Shown one piece after another: positions 52,868-61,595 of a stretch of DNA of 64,000 nucleotides. Source of the stretch: Parcubacteria group bacterium (GTDB lineage Bacteria > Patescibacteriota > Minisyncoccia > Moranbacterales > GCA-2747515); contig JBAZXC010000002.1 in the NCBI GenBank assembly GCA_041660065.1, forward strand, positions 240,768-304,767, in the 5' to 3' direction. The notes below the pieces were generated by a model. That model was not told where the DNA came from and did no database searches. It worked only from the letters and a program-made list of their open reading frames with translations. The position numbers and the translations under genes are program-made. Every line of letters begins with the position of its first letter. Positions within the stretch are counted from its first letter, which is position 1.

Positions 52868-53104
52868 CTACGGAACGATCACGCCATATGTTGCTAATCT
52901 GGCGTGGAGATCATGGATCAGATCCTTGGAAGAAGCTTCAATCCGAATCTCGCCATGATGACCAATCTCACAGCTAATCCATTTTTCCTGCACAAAACAG
53001 CGATGTGCAGATGGTGCTTCGAGATCAATATCCTTATGGCATCGCGGACACCTACCCATAAGGCCGATACCCACAAGCCTTCCAATCCGTTTCATTTCAA
53101 TCAT
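52868..53104 (-). CDS. Small Cys/His protein (first array unit)
   Basis: AGGGGG SD; CPRC...HRC. Confidence 0.7.
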   Translation of the reverse strand: MIEMKRIGRLVGIGLMGRCPRCHKDIDLEAPSAHRCFVQEKWISCEIGHHGEIRIEASSKDLIHDLHARLATYGVIVP

Positions 53105-53587
53105 GGTAATCCCCCTAGTTAATTTATTGTAATATTCCCCTCGTTTCTTCCTAAAAATCTGTCATTCTGGACATGATTCGGAATTATGGATCAGTGTTTC
53201 ATGTTATTAAAGATCCTGAATCGCGCTCAGGATGACAAGAGCGCTTTTAAGAATAAACGAGGGAAATATTAAATTGTTAAAGAAAATGAGAGAAATATCT
53301 TTAGTTCATTTAAATTATTGTACTTTTACCACCAATAGCTCATCATCACTGATAAGTAACGGCTTGGTGTGCCTGTAATACATGTGAACTGGTTTCTTGT
53401 GAAAAATGGTCGATTATATATTACTAAAAACCTATATTTCACTTATATTGTCACATGTATTACAACCATTCTGCCGATTGGATGTACTTACACCCTCCCG
53501 CACAGATCAGTCTTATGTCAAAGTAAAATAACTATCTTTGTTGTGCTACAGCCCTGTGTCATCTCGATCACTTCACTGTAACAACAT

Positions 53588-53616
53588 AGTATATCATGCC
53601 AAAATTATTTTGTCAA
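53588..53616 (-). promoter_or_regulatory. Sigma70-type promoter pointing into the array
   Basis: TTGACA-17 bp-TATACT with extended TG; boxA-like TTTCTTTAACA at 53285-53275, just before R11. Confidence 0.75.
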
Positions 53617-53794
53617 GTGTCACTGACAATATATAGACATACACGCATTATTATTCTAATTTAAGGCTTTTTTTAAATTTTTATAAGATAATTCGCGTGG
53701 ACATTTTTAAAAATGATGGCGTGATTTACGCCATCATGCAAAATTTACCGATGGATACGCCGTGCAGAGTTCCACACTGACCTGTTCACGGGTA

Positions 53795-53823
53795 TTGACA
53801 ATTATTTAAAACCATGCTATAGT
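53795..53823 (+). promoter_or_regulatory. Divergent sigma70-type promoter
   Basis: TTGACA-17 bp-TATAGT with extended TG; boxA-like GTTCTTTAA at 53874. Confidence 0.7.
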
Positions 53824-54265
53824 GTATCTTGGCTATGGCAGGAACAATATTTCTGTCTATCCGACGAAACATTGTTCTTTAAACATAAACCGCAACCCCT
53901 CACAAGCAAGAGGTTGCACAGAAGGAAGAGGCGTTACACAAGAGAGATTGGCTTTCTTGCGTAGCAAAGCTTTTAACTGGCAACCTTAACGTGGAGGTGT
54001 TGCTATGGGTTGTTGATATAGACCAAATTGGACCGTGAATGCCTCGTCTCGCTTGTTTAGGAGATGAGGTGTCCAAGACTTCCAATTGGTTTCTATTGAC
54101 GATTCATAAAAAAATATGAAGGAGAACATCATGGGTCTGTAGCCTGTATTGTTGAGCAATTTTCACAATCAACAAAATCCGTTGAAGAAAATTCATGAGT
54201 AAAAAATCCATCCAGTATTCTTCTGGATAACTGCAGTAAAATCCTGAGTTGGCTTATATAGCAAC

Positions 54266-55015
54266 TTAGGATTTTTTATTACTAACAGCTTTAATGGCTA
54301 ATTTAAAAATAGATTTTAAGGTTTCAGCAATATCTTTATTTTCTATAATTATTCCAATTTTGTCGCGATAGGATGTTAGACGAATTTTGTCTTTGTAGAC
54401 AGCAATGTCTCCAGGAAATATATAATCTGTCTTGTTTATTTTAATTCGAGTGTTGTTTTTATCACTTTCCAATGTTGATTTTTCAGAATTATAAAGAGCT
54501 CTTACACTCGATTTATTTTTTAATCGTATCCGTTTAAGTTTTTCATTTTCTTCTTTTGATATGAAATTGTCCATTTCATCCTTTGAAAAGGCTAACCACA
54601 TAGGCTCATCCTTTGTAAAATCAAAGCTTGAACTTGCCATTCGCATAATTCCCTCTTTCCCTAAATAATACTTCACAATCGGTTTTTTGATACTGGCGCT
54701 ATTGATGCTGTTTAATTCTTCCACAAGTCCTTTGAGTGTCTGTTTTTTTTGTTCTATAACTTGCTTTTGCTTTTCTAGGATGTTTTCCAGCTGTGCAGGA
54801 TCCTCCGGGACAAACATTTGCTTTTTTTCCTCATTTGATGCACTGACGAGACCGATCTTCATGAGATTTTCCAATGTAAAATACGTCGTTGCTCGATTGA
54901 CACCGGACTTTTTGGCGATCTCTGCCGCACTTCCCTGTCCCAATTCCAATGTAGCAATGTACACTTTTGCCTCTTTGTCATTTAGACCGATTTCTTCAAG
55001 TTTTTTTGCAAGCAT
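54266..55015 (-). CDS. TrmB-family transcriptional regulator
   Basis: GLNDKEAKVY...VNRATTYFTL; YLGKEGI; VYKDKI. Confidence 0.88.
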   Translation of the reverse strand: MLAKKLEEIGLNDKEAKVYIATLELGQGSAAEIAKKSGVNRATTYFTLENLMKIGLVSASNEEKKQMFVPEDPAQLENILEKQKQVIEQKKQTLKGLVEELNSINSASIKKPIVKYYLGKEGIMRMASSSFDFTKDEPMWLAFSKDEMDNFISKEENEKLKRIRLKNKSSVRALYNSEKSTLESDKNNTRIKINKTDYIFPGDIAVYKDKIRLTSYRDKIGIIIENKDIAETLKSIFKLAIKAVSNKKS

Positions 55016-55143
55016 AATAATATATCAGATATTTATATGTTTGAATTATACAGCAAATCTTACCACTTGACAAAAATGCTAAATGGTGTATAATTCTAGT
55101 TCGTTCATTAAAACATATTAAAAACTCATAAGAGGTGCTGATT

Positions 55144-55497
55144 ATGGAAGCGGAAAGAGAAGTGCTTTGCAAAGCATTTATGAAAATTGTTGAAGATTCA
55201 TATTTCACTGCGTTCATATTGCTGAAATTGCGCGGCGAGATCACTCCTCAACTGGAGAAGGATTTCCTCGCGTTTCATCAAACCGTGCTTGAGATGTTCT
55301 CGATTCACGGTATAAAATTTTCGATGAATAGAGTGTTTGAGTATATACCACTTAATACGTGGATTCCTGCATACCTCAAATACCTTTCGACAGAAACCGA
55401 AAATGCGCCAACGTCCGAGGAATCATATTCCTCACTGCCGACAAATCCTGTTTTTCAGGAAATTTGTGCGACTATTCGTGCGCAAAAATCCAATTAA
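55144..55497 (+). CDS. Hypothetical protein
   Basis: TTGACA-16-TATAAT promoter, GAGGTG SD, downstream hairpin. Confidence 0.7.
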   Translation: MEAEREVLCKAFMKIVEDSYFTAFILLKLRGEITPQLEKDFLAFHQTVLEMFSIHGIKFSMNRVFEYIPLNTWIPAYLKYLSTETENAPTSEESYSSLPTNPVFQEICATIRAQKSN

Positions 55498-55578
55498 AAA
55501 TCAAGACCGCAGAGTGTCATTTTGCACTCTTCGGTCTTTTCTTATACAATAGATACGTAATTACTATGTGTAAAAAAT

Positions 55579-55857
55579 ATGGTCAAAAATGTTGAAGATA
55601 TTCTTAGTCCAGAATTATTGTCTGAATTAACTACTGAACAGATCTCCGCACTCGAAGAAAAATTTCCTCAAGTCATCCCTGATGATGAGGGCAAGGTTTT
55701 GAGGATTGCAACAGACATAGCCACTGGCACAGATGACATCGAGACGGCTATGAAAAATTTTGATACAGCACGCGAGATTGCTCTACAAAAAGTTGAAATG
55801 ACCAACACAAAACTTGTCGACAAAGGAGATGGCCTCGTAACAAGAATGATGCGCTAA
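55579..55857 (+). CDS. Small acidic hypothetical protein
   Basis: 92-aa ORF followed by a bidirectional terminator at ~55878-55905. Confidence 0.65.
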   Translation: MVKNVEDILSPELLSELTTEQISALEEKFPQVIPDDEGKVLRIATDIATGTDDIETAMKNFDTAREIALQKVEMTNTKLVDKGDGLVTRMMR

Positions 55858-55905
55858 TAAAATAATTATACACAGTAAAAAACAACAGATCTCTCTGTTG
55901 TTTTT

Positions 55906-56613
55906 TTATTGCCGGATATCCACAATTTTAATATCTGCTTTTTTAAATATGTCGACAAATGTATTCATTTTTTCCTGTGAGAGCGGTTTCTTCTTTTCAA
56001 ATGCAGGATCAAGCGTCACCTCCGGACGAAACGTTTGGAGATAGAGCTTATCACTCCCTTCCAACAATTGCGCCATTTCTTTGACAATCTCCTCTGTGTG
56101 CACGCCATCGATCACTGTTGTGCGAAATTCATATGGCACACTATTTTTTTTGAGTAAATTGATACTTTTTACGATGTTTTTCGGATTTGCCAGATCGCCT
56201 GCCAATTCTTTATAGCGTTGTGGCGTCGTTTTGACATCCATTGCTACATAATCCACCAGATGTTCTTTGATAAGAGAAATGAGGACATCCGGCAAATTGC
56301 CGTTTGTATCCAATTTTACAAGATATCCCAATGCACGAACTTTTTTGATGAATTCCTTGAGATCAGGTTGCACCGTTGGCTCCCCGCCCGAGATCACCAA
56401 TCCATCCAACTTCCCTTTTCGTGATCGCAAAAAATTCAAAATTGTTTTTTCAGAAATAAAGCTCGGACGCAACTTCACAATCTCTTGTGGCAAAACGAAC
56501 TCTTTATTATGACAAAAACGGCAGCGCATATTACACCCGGGGGTGAAAATGATCGCTGCCACTTTGTCTGGATAATCCAGGAGAGTAAACGGTTGTACAC
56601 CGCTAATCAGCAT
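55906..56613 (-). CDS. nrdG: Anaerobic ribonucleotide reductase activase (radical SAM)
   Basis: GCNMRCRFCHN, ISGGEPT, KLDTNG; adjacent to nrdD. Confidence 0.92.
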   Translation of the reverse strand: MLISGVQPFTLLDYPDKVAAIIFTPGCNMRCRFCHNKEFVLPQEIVKLRPSFISEKTILNFLRSRKGKLDGLVISGGEPTVQPDLKEFIKKVRALGYLVKLDTNGNLPDVLISLIKEHLVDYVAMDVKTTPQRYKELAGDLANPKNIVKSINLLKKNSVPYEFRTTVIDGVHTEEIVKEMAQLLEGSDKLYLQTFRPEVTLDPAFEKKKPLSQEKMNTFVDIFKKADIKIVDIRQ

Positions 56614-56791
56614 ATTTATCGCTGAAAGACTCGTTTGCTGCGACGCATTCTTGAAAATGCTTGCGTGAATAATGTTCTGATTTCTTTCCCGTGTTAAAAA
56701 AAGATACCGGGCGGAAATACCCCATTACTCGTGTCCACACTTCACAGCGTGTGCGCTCTCCATCTGTGCATTGCAACTTTTGTGATGCCAT
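56603..56791 (-). CDS. Stand-alone NrdD C-terminal glycyl-radical peptide
   Basis: CEVWTRVMGYFRPVSFFNTGKKSE, the conserved RxxGY glycyl-radical motif. Confidence 0.88.
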   Translation of the reverse strand: MASQKLQCTDGERTRCEVWTRVMGYFRPVSFFNTGKKSEHYSRKHFQECVAANESFSDKYAD

Positions 56792-56828
56792 ATTTTTATT
56801 TTATTAATTATTTATAAATTTATTAATC

Positions 56829-58943
56829 TTATTTGTCGGGCATAGCACTTTCATAGCGCCCACGGAACTCACTGTCACAACAACTTTTTTTCACACCCAA
56901 TTCCTGATCACATTTTGGACAAAAATCATATTCCCCATCGAGGTAACCGTGTTTCGGACAGATCGAGAATGTCGGCGTGATCGTGATATACGGCAATCGA
57001 TAGTTTGTCAGGATCTTTTTTACCAACTGAGCACACGCCTTACCGGAACTGATGCGCTCACTCATATAACCATGAAATACCGTGCCTCCCGTATATTTTT
57101 TTTGCAATTCATCCTGGAGATCCAACGCTTCGAAAATATCATCTGTATATCCCACAGGCAACTGCGTGGAGTTTGTGTAGTATGGTGCTTCTTTGGTGCC
57201 TGCTTGAATGATATCCTTAAATTGTTTTTGATCTTCTTTTGCAAAGCGATATGTCGTTCCCTCACCCGGTGTCGCTTCCAGATTATACAGATTTCCTGTT
57301 TCCTCTTGAAACTCCGACATCTTTTCTCGTATCTGATCCAGTACTTCTTTGGCAAACTCTTGTCCATATTTTGTCGTGATATTCTCTTTATCACCTGTAA
57401 AGTTGCGAATTGCCTCATTCATCCCATTCACACCGATCGTAGAGAAATGATTGTTCAACTTTCCGAGATATCGCTTTGTGTATGGAAACAATCCGCGATT
57501 CATCCACTTCTCGATCACTTCCCTTTTGATCTCAAGCGACGTCTTTGCCAATCCCATGAGATACATCACTCTTTCAATGAATTTTTCTTTGTCTCCTGCA
57601 CACGTTTTTCCGATGCGCGCCATATTGATCGTCACCACACCAATCGATCCCGTCATTTCTGCTGATCCGAAGAGACCACCACCTCTCTTGCGCAATTCTT
57701 TCAAATCCAATTGTAAACGACAACACATTGAACGCACATCACTTGGATTGAGGTCTGAATTGATGAAATTCTGGAAATACGGTGTTCCATACTTTGCCGT
57801 CATTTCAAAAAGTGGCAATACTTTTGGATCATTCCAATCAAAGTCCTTTGTAATATTGTATGTCGGAATGGGAAATGTGAATGTACGCCCCTTTGAATCC
57901 CCCGCCATCATCACATCAATAAATGCTCTATTAATGAGATCCATCTCTTTTTGCAGTTCTCCAAATGTATAATCAAATGGCTTGCCTCCGAGAATCAGTG
58001 TTTTTTTCTTGAGATCTTCCGGACATACCCAATCAAGTGTAATGTTGGTAAACGGCGTTTGTGTGCCCCATCGCGACGGAATATTGAGATTAAATACAAA
58101 TGATTGAATATTCTGATAGACAAAATTGTAAAGCACTTCATCATAATATGCCTCTTCTTTTTCTTTTGATGCAAATACCATGCCATACTTCTCGATCATT
58201 TTTCGCAACTCCAACTCTTTTTTCTTTACAAACGGTGCCAAATAGGTATCAAAGCTAGAAAAAGCTTGTGCACCAGCCCACTCATTTTGCAGCGTGCCCA
58301 AAAAATTGATCATTTGCGCCACTGCGCTTGAAAGATGCTTTGGTGGTTTGGACTCTACCTTATTAGACACACCATTAAACCCCTCCTCAAGCAATGTCCG
58401 CAGACTCCATCCCGCACAATATCCGGAAAACATATCGAGATCATGGATGTGAATATCGGCATTTCTATGCGCCTCACCAATAGATTTTGGATAAACATGT
58501 GACAACCAATAATTTGCAGTTACCTTTCCGGCAGTATTGAGGATCATTCCGCCCAACGAATATCCCTGATTGGAATTAGCATTTACCCGCCAATCCAGCT
58601 GATCAAGGTATTCGCTCATGGTCTTTTCCACATCTACCATCACATTTTTATCAGATCGCGCTTCAGTTCTCTTTTGTCTATACAAAATATAGTCCTTTGC
58701 AATACGAGGAAAATTGAAGTTAATAAGCGCTTCCTCTACGGCATCTTGTATTTGCTCCACAGACGGGATCTCTTCACCATAACGCTCAATGATCTTTTTC
58801 TCTGCATGATGTGCAATTTTCTTGGCATCAAAACCTTTTTCCGGCTCAGATGCTTGCGCCGCTTTTGTAATCGCTTTTTCAATCTTTATTATGTCAAAAT
58901 CTACAATTGTGCCATTTCTTTTTTTAATTTTGTGTATCGCCAT
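56829..58943 (-). CDS. nrdD: Class III (anaerobic) ribonucleoside-triphosphate reductase, large part
   Basis: ATP cone, HIHDL, RSMCCRL, YTGGTVFH, CPKH...CPKC; lacks the RxxGY tail. Confidence 0.95.
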   Translation of the reverse strand: MAIHKIKKRNGTIVDFDIIKIEKAITKAAQASEPEKGFDAKKIAHHAEKKIIERYGEEIPSVEQIQDAVEEALINFNFPRIAKDYILYRQKRTEARSDKNVMVDVEKTMSEYLDQLDWRVNANSNQGYSLGGMILNTAGKVTANYWLSHVYPKSIGEAHRNADIHIHDLDMFSGYCAGWSLRTLLEEGFNGVSNKVESKPPKHLSSAVAQMINFLGTLQNEWAGAQAFSSFDTYLAPFVKKKELELRKMIEKYGMVFASKEKEEAYYDEVLYNFVYQNIQSFVFNLNIPSRWGTQTPFTNITLDWVCPEDLKKKTLILGGKPFDYTFGELQKEMDLINRAFIDVMMAGDSKGRTFTFPIPTYNITKDFDWNDPKVLPLFEMTAKYGTPYFQNFINSDLNPSDVRSMCCRLQLDLKELRKRGGGLFGSAEMTGSIGVVTINMARIGKTCAGDKEKFIERVMYLMGLAKTSLEIKREVIEKWMNRGLFPYTKRYLGKLNNHFSTIGVNGMNEAIRNFTGDKENITTKYGQEFAKEVLDQIREKMSEFQEETGNLYNLEATPGEGTTYRFAKEDQKQFKDIIQAGTKEAPYYTNSTQLPVGYTDDIFEALDLQDELQKKYTGGTVFHGYMSERISSGKACAQLVKKILTNYRLPYITITPTFSICPKHGYLDGEYDFCPKCDQELGVKKSCCDSEFRGRYESAMPDK

Positions 58944-59140
58944 AATTATTTGTTTCAGATAATAATCCCGTAATATTTGTCATCAACTGTCTTTACCCTC
59001 AAATCCAGTTACAAACATTGTGTTTTGGCGGAAAAAGAAAGAAGTAAGAAAAAAATTCCTCACCCCTCATTGTCCGTAGAATAATTATAGCACATAATTA
59101 TTTTTATGAAAAGGGTAACATATCCACAGAATACATAAAC

Positions 59141-59186
59141 ATACTATATGTTGTGCTTTACCATTTATACCTACCACAAGTAGATT
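59141..59186. promoter_or_regulatory. Tandem NrdR-box-like operators
   Basis: ACTATATGTTG (59143) and ACCACAAGTAG (59173), 30 bp apart, upstream of nrdD. Confidence 0.55.
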
Positions 59187-59348
59187 TTTCATATTGACAT
59201 GAAACTTTTTATGTTTCGTTTATAAATAAAATAATATTTTTCTCTTATAAAAATTTCCTTCCTGCATATTTTTTATAATTAACAACAAAATATACATTTT
59301 GTCAAGTATTTAAACTTGGCCAAAAAATATTATTCAAACACTCCCCAT

Positions 59349-59959
59349 TGTTCCACGTGGAACAATATATCTGTTTTTTTATAAATCATTACAAATGATT
59401 TATAGTACGATGTCTTTTATACAGATTCTGTAAAATAACAAATTTTTCTATCATAAATACAAAGTTATCTCATTTTTATTTTGTTCCACGTGGAACAAAA
59501 TGTATTGCATACGACTTTTTTGCAAAAAATTCAATAAGGTTGCCAAGTTGCAATTGTTCCACGTGGAACAATTGCAAAAATTTTCACATATATTATAACA
59601 AAATACACTAAAAAATATCATGATCTGCACATTTTGTTCCACGTGGAACAAAATATTTTCATGATAGATCTATATACAAAAATATTTTTCCGGTATCAAA
59701 GAGGGAAATAGCCCGACGTTTGATTATAAAAAATACTGAATGTTCCACGTGGAACAAAAAATTATACAGACTTTATAAATAAATAGGCATATTTACTATA
59801 TAAATCGATTTCAATATCTTACCAAAGAAAAATTATATGAAAATTGGTTCTAAAAATTGTTCCACGTGGAACAATTGCGGTAAATCTGTACAAACATTTT
59901 ATATTACGCCAGCATTATGTTTACAATATATAAAAAATTATATTGTTCCACGTGGAACA
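59349..59959. repeat. Cluster of seven parS sites
   Basis: Perfect TGTTCCACGTGGAACA at 59349, 59482, 59555, 59635, 59741, 59858 and 59944. Confidence 0.92.
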
Positions 59960-60121
59960 AAACGGAATTGAAAAGGGAAGTTTGTGGTCTATACTGAAAT
60001 TAATGTATTGACATTATCCTATTTTATGTTGTTATGCTATTTTATATTGATTATCCTCTATTTATATGGTACATTATGAACACTTTTCTATCTATGCATT
60101 ACCATATCAATGCAAAAAATT

Positions 60122-60193
60122 GCCTCTGTAGTTTAGTGGATAAAACAAGTCACTCCTAAGGACTAGAGAAAGGTTCGACTCCTTTCAGAGGCA
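60122..60193 (+). tRNA. tRNA-Arg(CCT)
   Basis: GCCTCTG/CAGAGGC acceptor; loop CTCCTAA; T-arm GGTTCGACT. Confidence 0.9.
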
Positions 60194-60251
60194 CACTCAT
60201 TTCAATTGATTCTAAAAATTTTATTTCTTATTATTAAGAACATCATATCAT

Positions 60252-60581
60252 ATGCGCGCTCGTACAAAAAAAATTAATTCCCTCATACAGCAACAAATGG
60301 CTGAGTTGCTTGTAAAAAATGTTGATTTTAAGCCAAATGCCTTTGTAACGATCTCGAAGGTTGACACCACGGATGATCTGCGCTACACTCGGATATTCGT
60401 GCGTGTATATCCGACCGCGGAAATCAACTATGGTCTAAAAACACTTGAGCACGAAAAGAAAACTTTGCAAAAATTGTTGCATCAAAAGTTGCACATCAAA
60501 ATTCTTCCTCGCATCTCATTTATACATGATAAAACAGGTGAAGATGCTGATGAGATTGAGCGTCTTTTGCAGCAAGCATAG
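60252..60581 (+). CDS. rbfA: Ribosome-binding factor A
   Basis: VTISKVDTTDDLRY...PRISFIHD; upstream of a DHH gene. Confidence 0.85.
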   Translation: MRARTKKINSLIQQQMAELLVKNVDFKPNAFVTISKVDTTDDLRYTRIFVRVYPTAEINYGLKTLEHEKKTLQKLLHQKLHIKILPRISFIHDKTGEDADEIERLLQQA

Positions 60582-60608
60582 CAAAAATCAATTTCATTTT
60601 ATGTGCAT

Positions 60609-61586
60609 ATGGAGATTAAACCACTGTTTCACAAAGAATTTAATACTCTGGACTATATTTTGCACAGAGCACACTCTGTTGTTTTGGTAGCGCATAATAA
60701 TCCAGATTTGGATGCAGCGGGAAGCACCGTTGCATTGGCAGACGTCATACGCAAACATTACAAAAAAAATGTTGTTATTGCGTGTTATAATACTTTTCCT
60801 GACTCTCTCAAAGAAGTTATGGAAGGTATTGTTTTTGTGCATCCTGAAAAACTAGATCTTGCCTCCTTTGATGTAGCAATTGGTTGTGACAGCGTAGAAC
60901 GAGGATTTGATCGTCTCATGGAACATCTTTCCCCTGCGTGTGTCAGCGTAACCATCGATCATCATCATGACATTGCCCTCAAGACCGACCTACGCATTAT
61001 CGATGGAAAATATGCGGCAACATGCGAGATATTATATAATTTTTTCGTACATATAAAATGCGATTTCAATAAAAATATCGCCACGGCACTCCTTGCCGGG
61101 ATTATCGGAGACACCGGTGCATTTCAACATGCCAACACAACTGCAGAAATATTACAAATTTCCGCAGATCTTATCAAAAGAGGTGCATCAATAACAAAAA
61201 TTATCTCCACATTGTTCGCAAACCGAAAAATTGAGACATTGAATTTGTGGGGAAAAGCATTGGAAAAAACAAAATTTTACGAAAAAACAGGACTCGCCGT
61301 CACAGCAATTACTGAAGATAACATTGCCGGACACGCCGTAAATGGTGTGGAAATTTCCAATATTGCATCCATGCTCACGACAGTGCCGACAGTAAAGATC
61401 GCACTCATCGTTTATCAGGCAGACAAAAATACCGTCAAGGGAAGTTTGCGCGCAGAGAAACATGCCAATATAGATGTATCAGAGATCGCACATCGCATTG
61501 GCGGTGGCGGACATCCTTTGGCGAGCGGTTTTTCATTGCATGGTCATTTGGAAACCACTTCGGATGGTGGCTGGCACGTTGTATAA
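60609..61586 (+). CDS. DHH/DHHA1 phosphoesterase (NrnA-like)
   Basis: HNNPDLDA, IDHH, DTG, GGGGHPLASG. Confidence 0.92.
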   Translation: MEIKPLFHKEFNTLDYILHRAHSVVLVAHNNPDLDAAGSTVALADVIRKHYKKNVVIACYNTFPDSLKEVMEGIVFVHPEKLDLASFDVAIGCDSVERGFDRLMEHLSPACVSVTIDHHHDIALKTDLRIIDGKYAATCEILYNFFVHIKCDFNKNIATALLAGIIGDTGAFQHANTTAEILQISADLIKRGASITKIISTLFANRKIETLNLWGKALEKTKFYEKTGLAVTAITEDNIAGHAVNGVEISNIASMLTTVPTVKIALIVYQADKNTVKGSLRAEKHANIDVSEIAHRIGGGGHPLASGFSLHGHLETTSDGGWHVV

Positions 61587-61595
61587 TAGTGGTAT

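Larger units (their letters stand above)
47969..53266 (-). repeat. Array of 11 imperfect hairpins with conserved termini (R1-R11)
   Basis: Plus-strand consensus TTCCCTCTAA...TTAGAGAG at about 47969-48012, 48393-48464, 49337-49383, 49743-49787, 49855-49899, 50522-50565, 50958-50999, 51610-51680, 52050-52189, 52688-52733 and 53135-53266. R4, R7 and R11 are divergent. Confidence 0.88.

Noticed and set aside
47969-53266. CRISPR array
   Set aside because: Repeats vary in length and interior sequence, the spacers are gene-sized, and there are no cas genes in the window.
47969-53266. Canonical integron attC array or prophage
   Set aside because: No consistent RYYYAAC/GTTRRRY cores, wobble pairs favour the coding strand, and no integrase or phage structural genes are present. 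Kept only as an analogy.
59451-59651. 66-aa ORF with repeated FHVEQ
   Set aside because: This is simply the translation of the parS palindromes.
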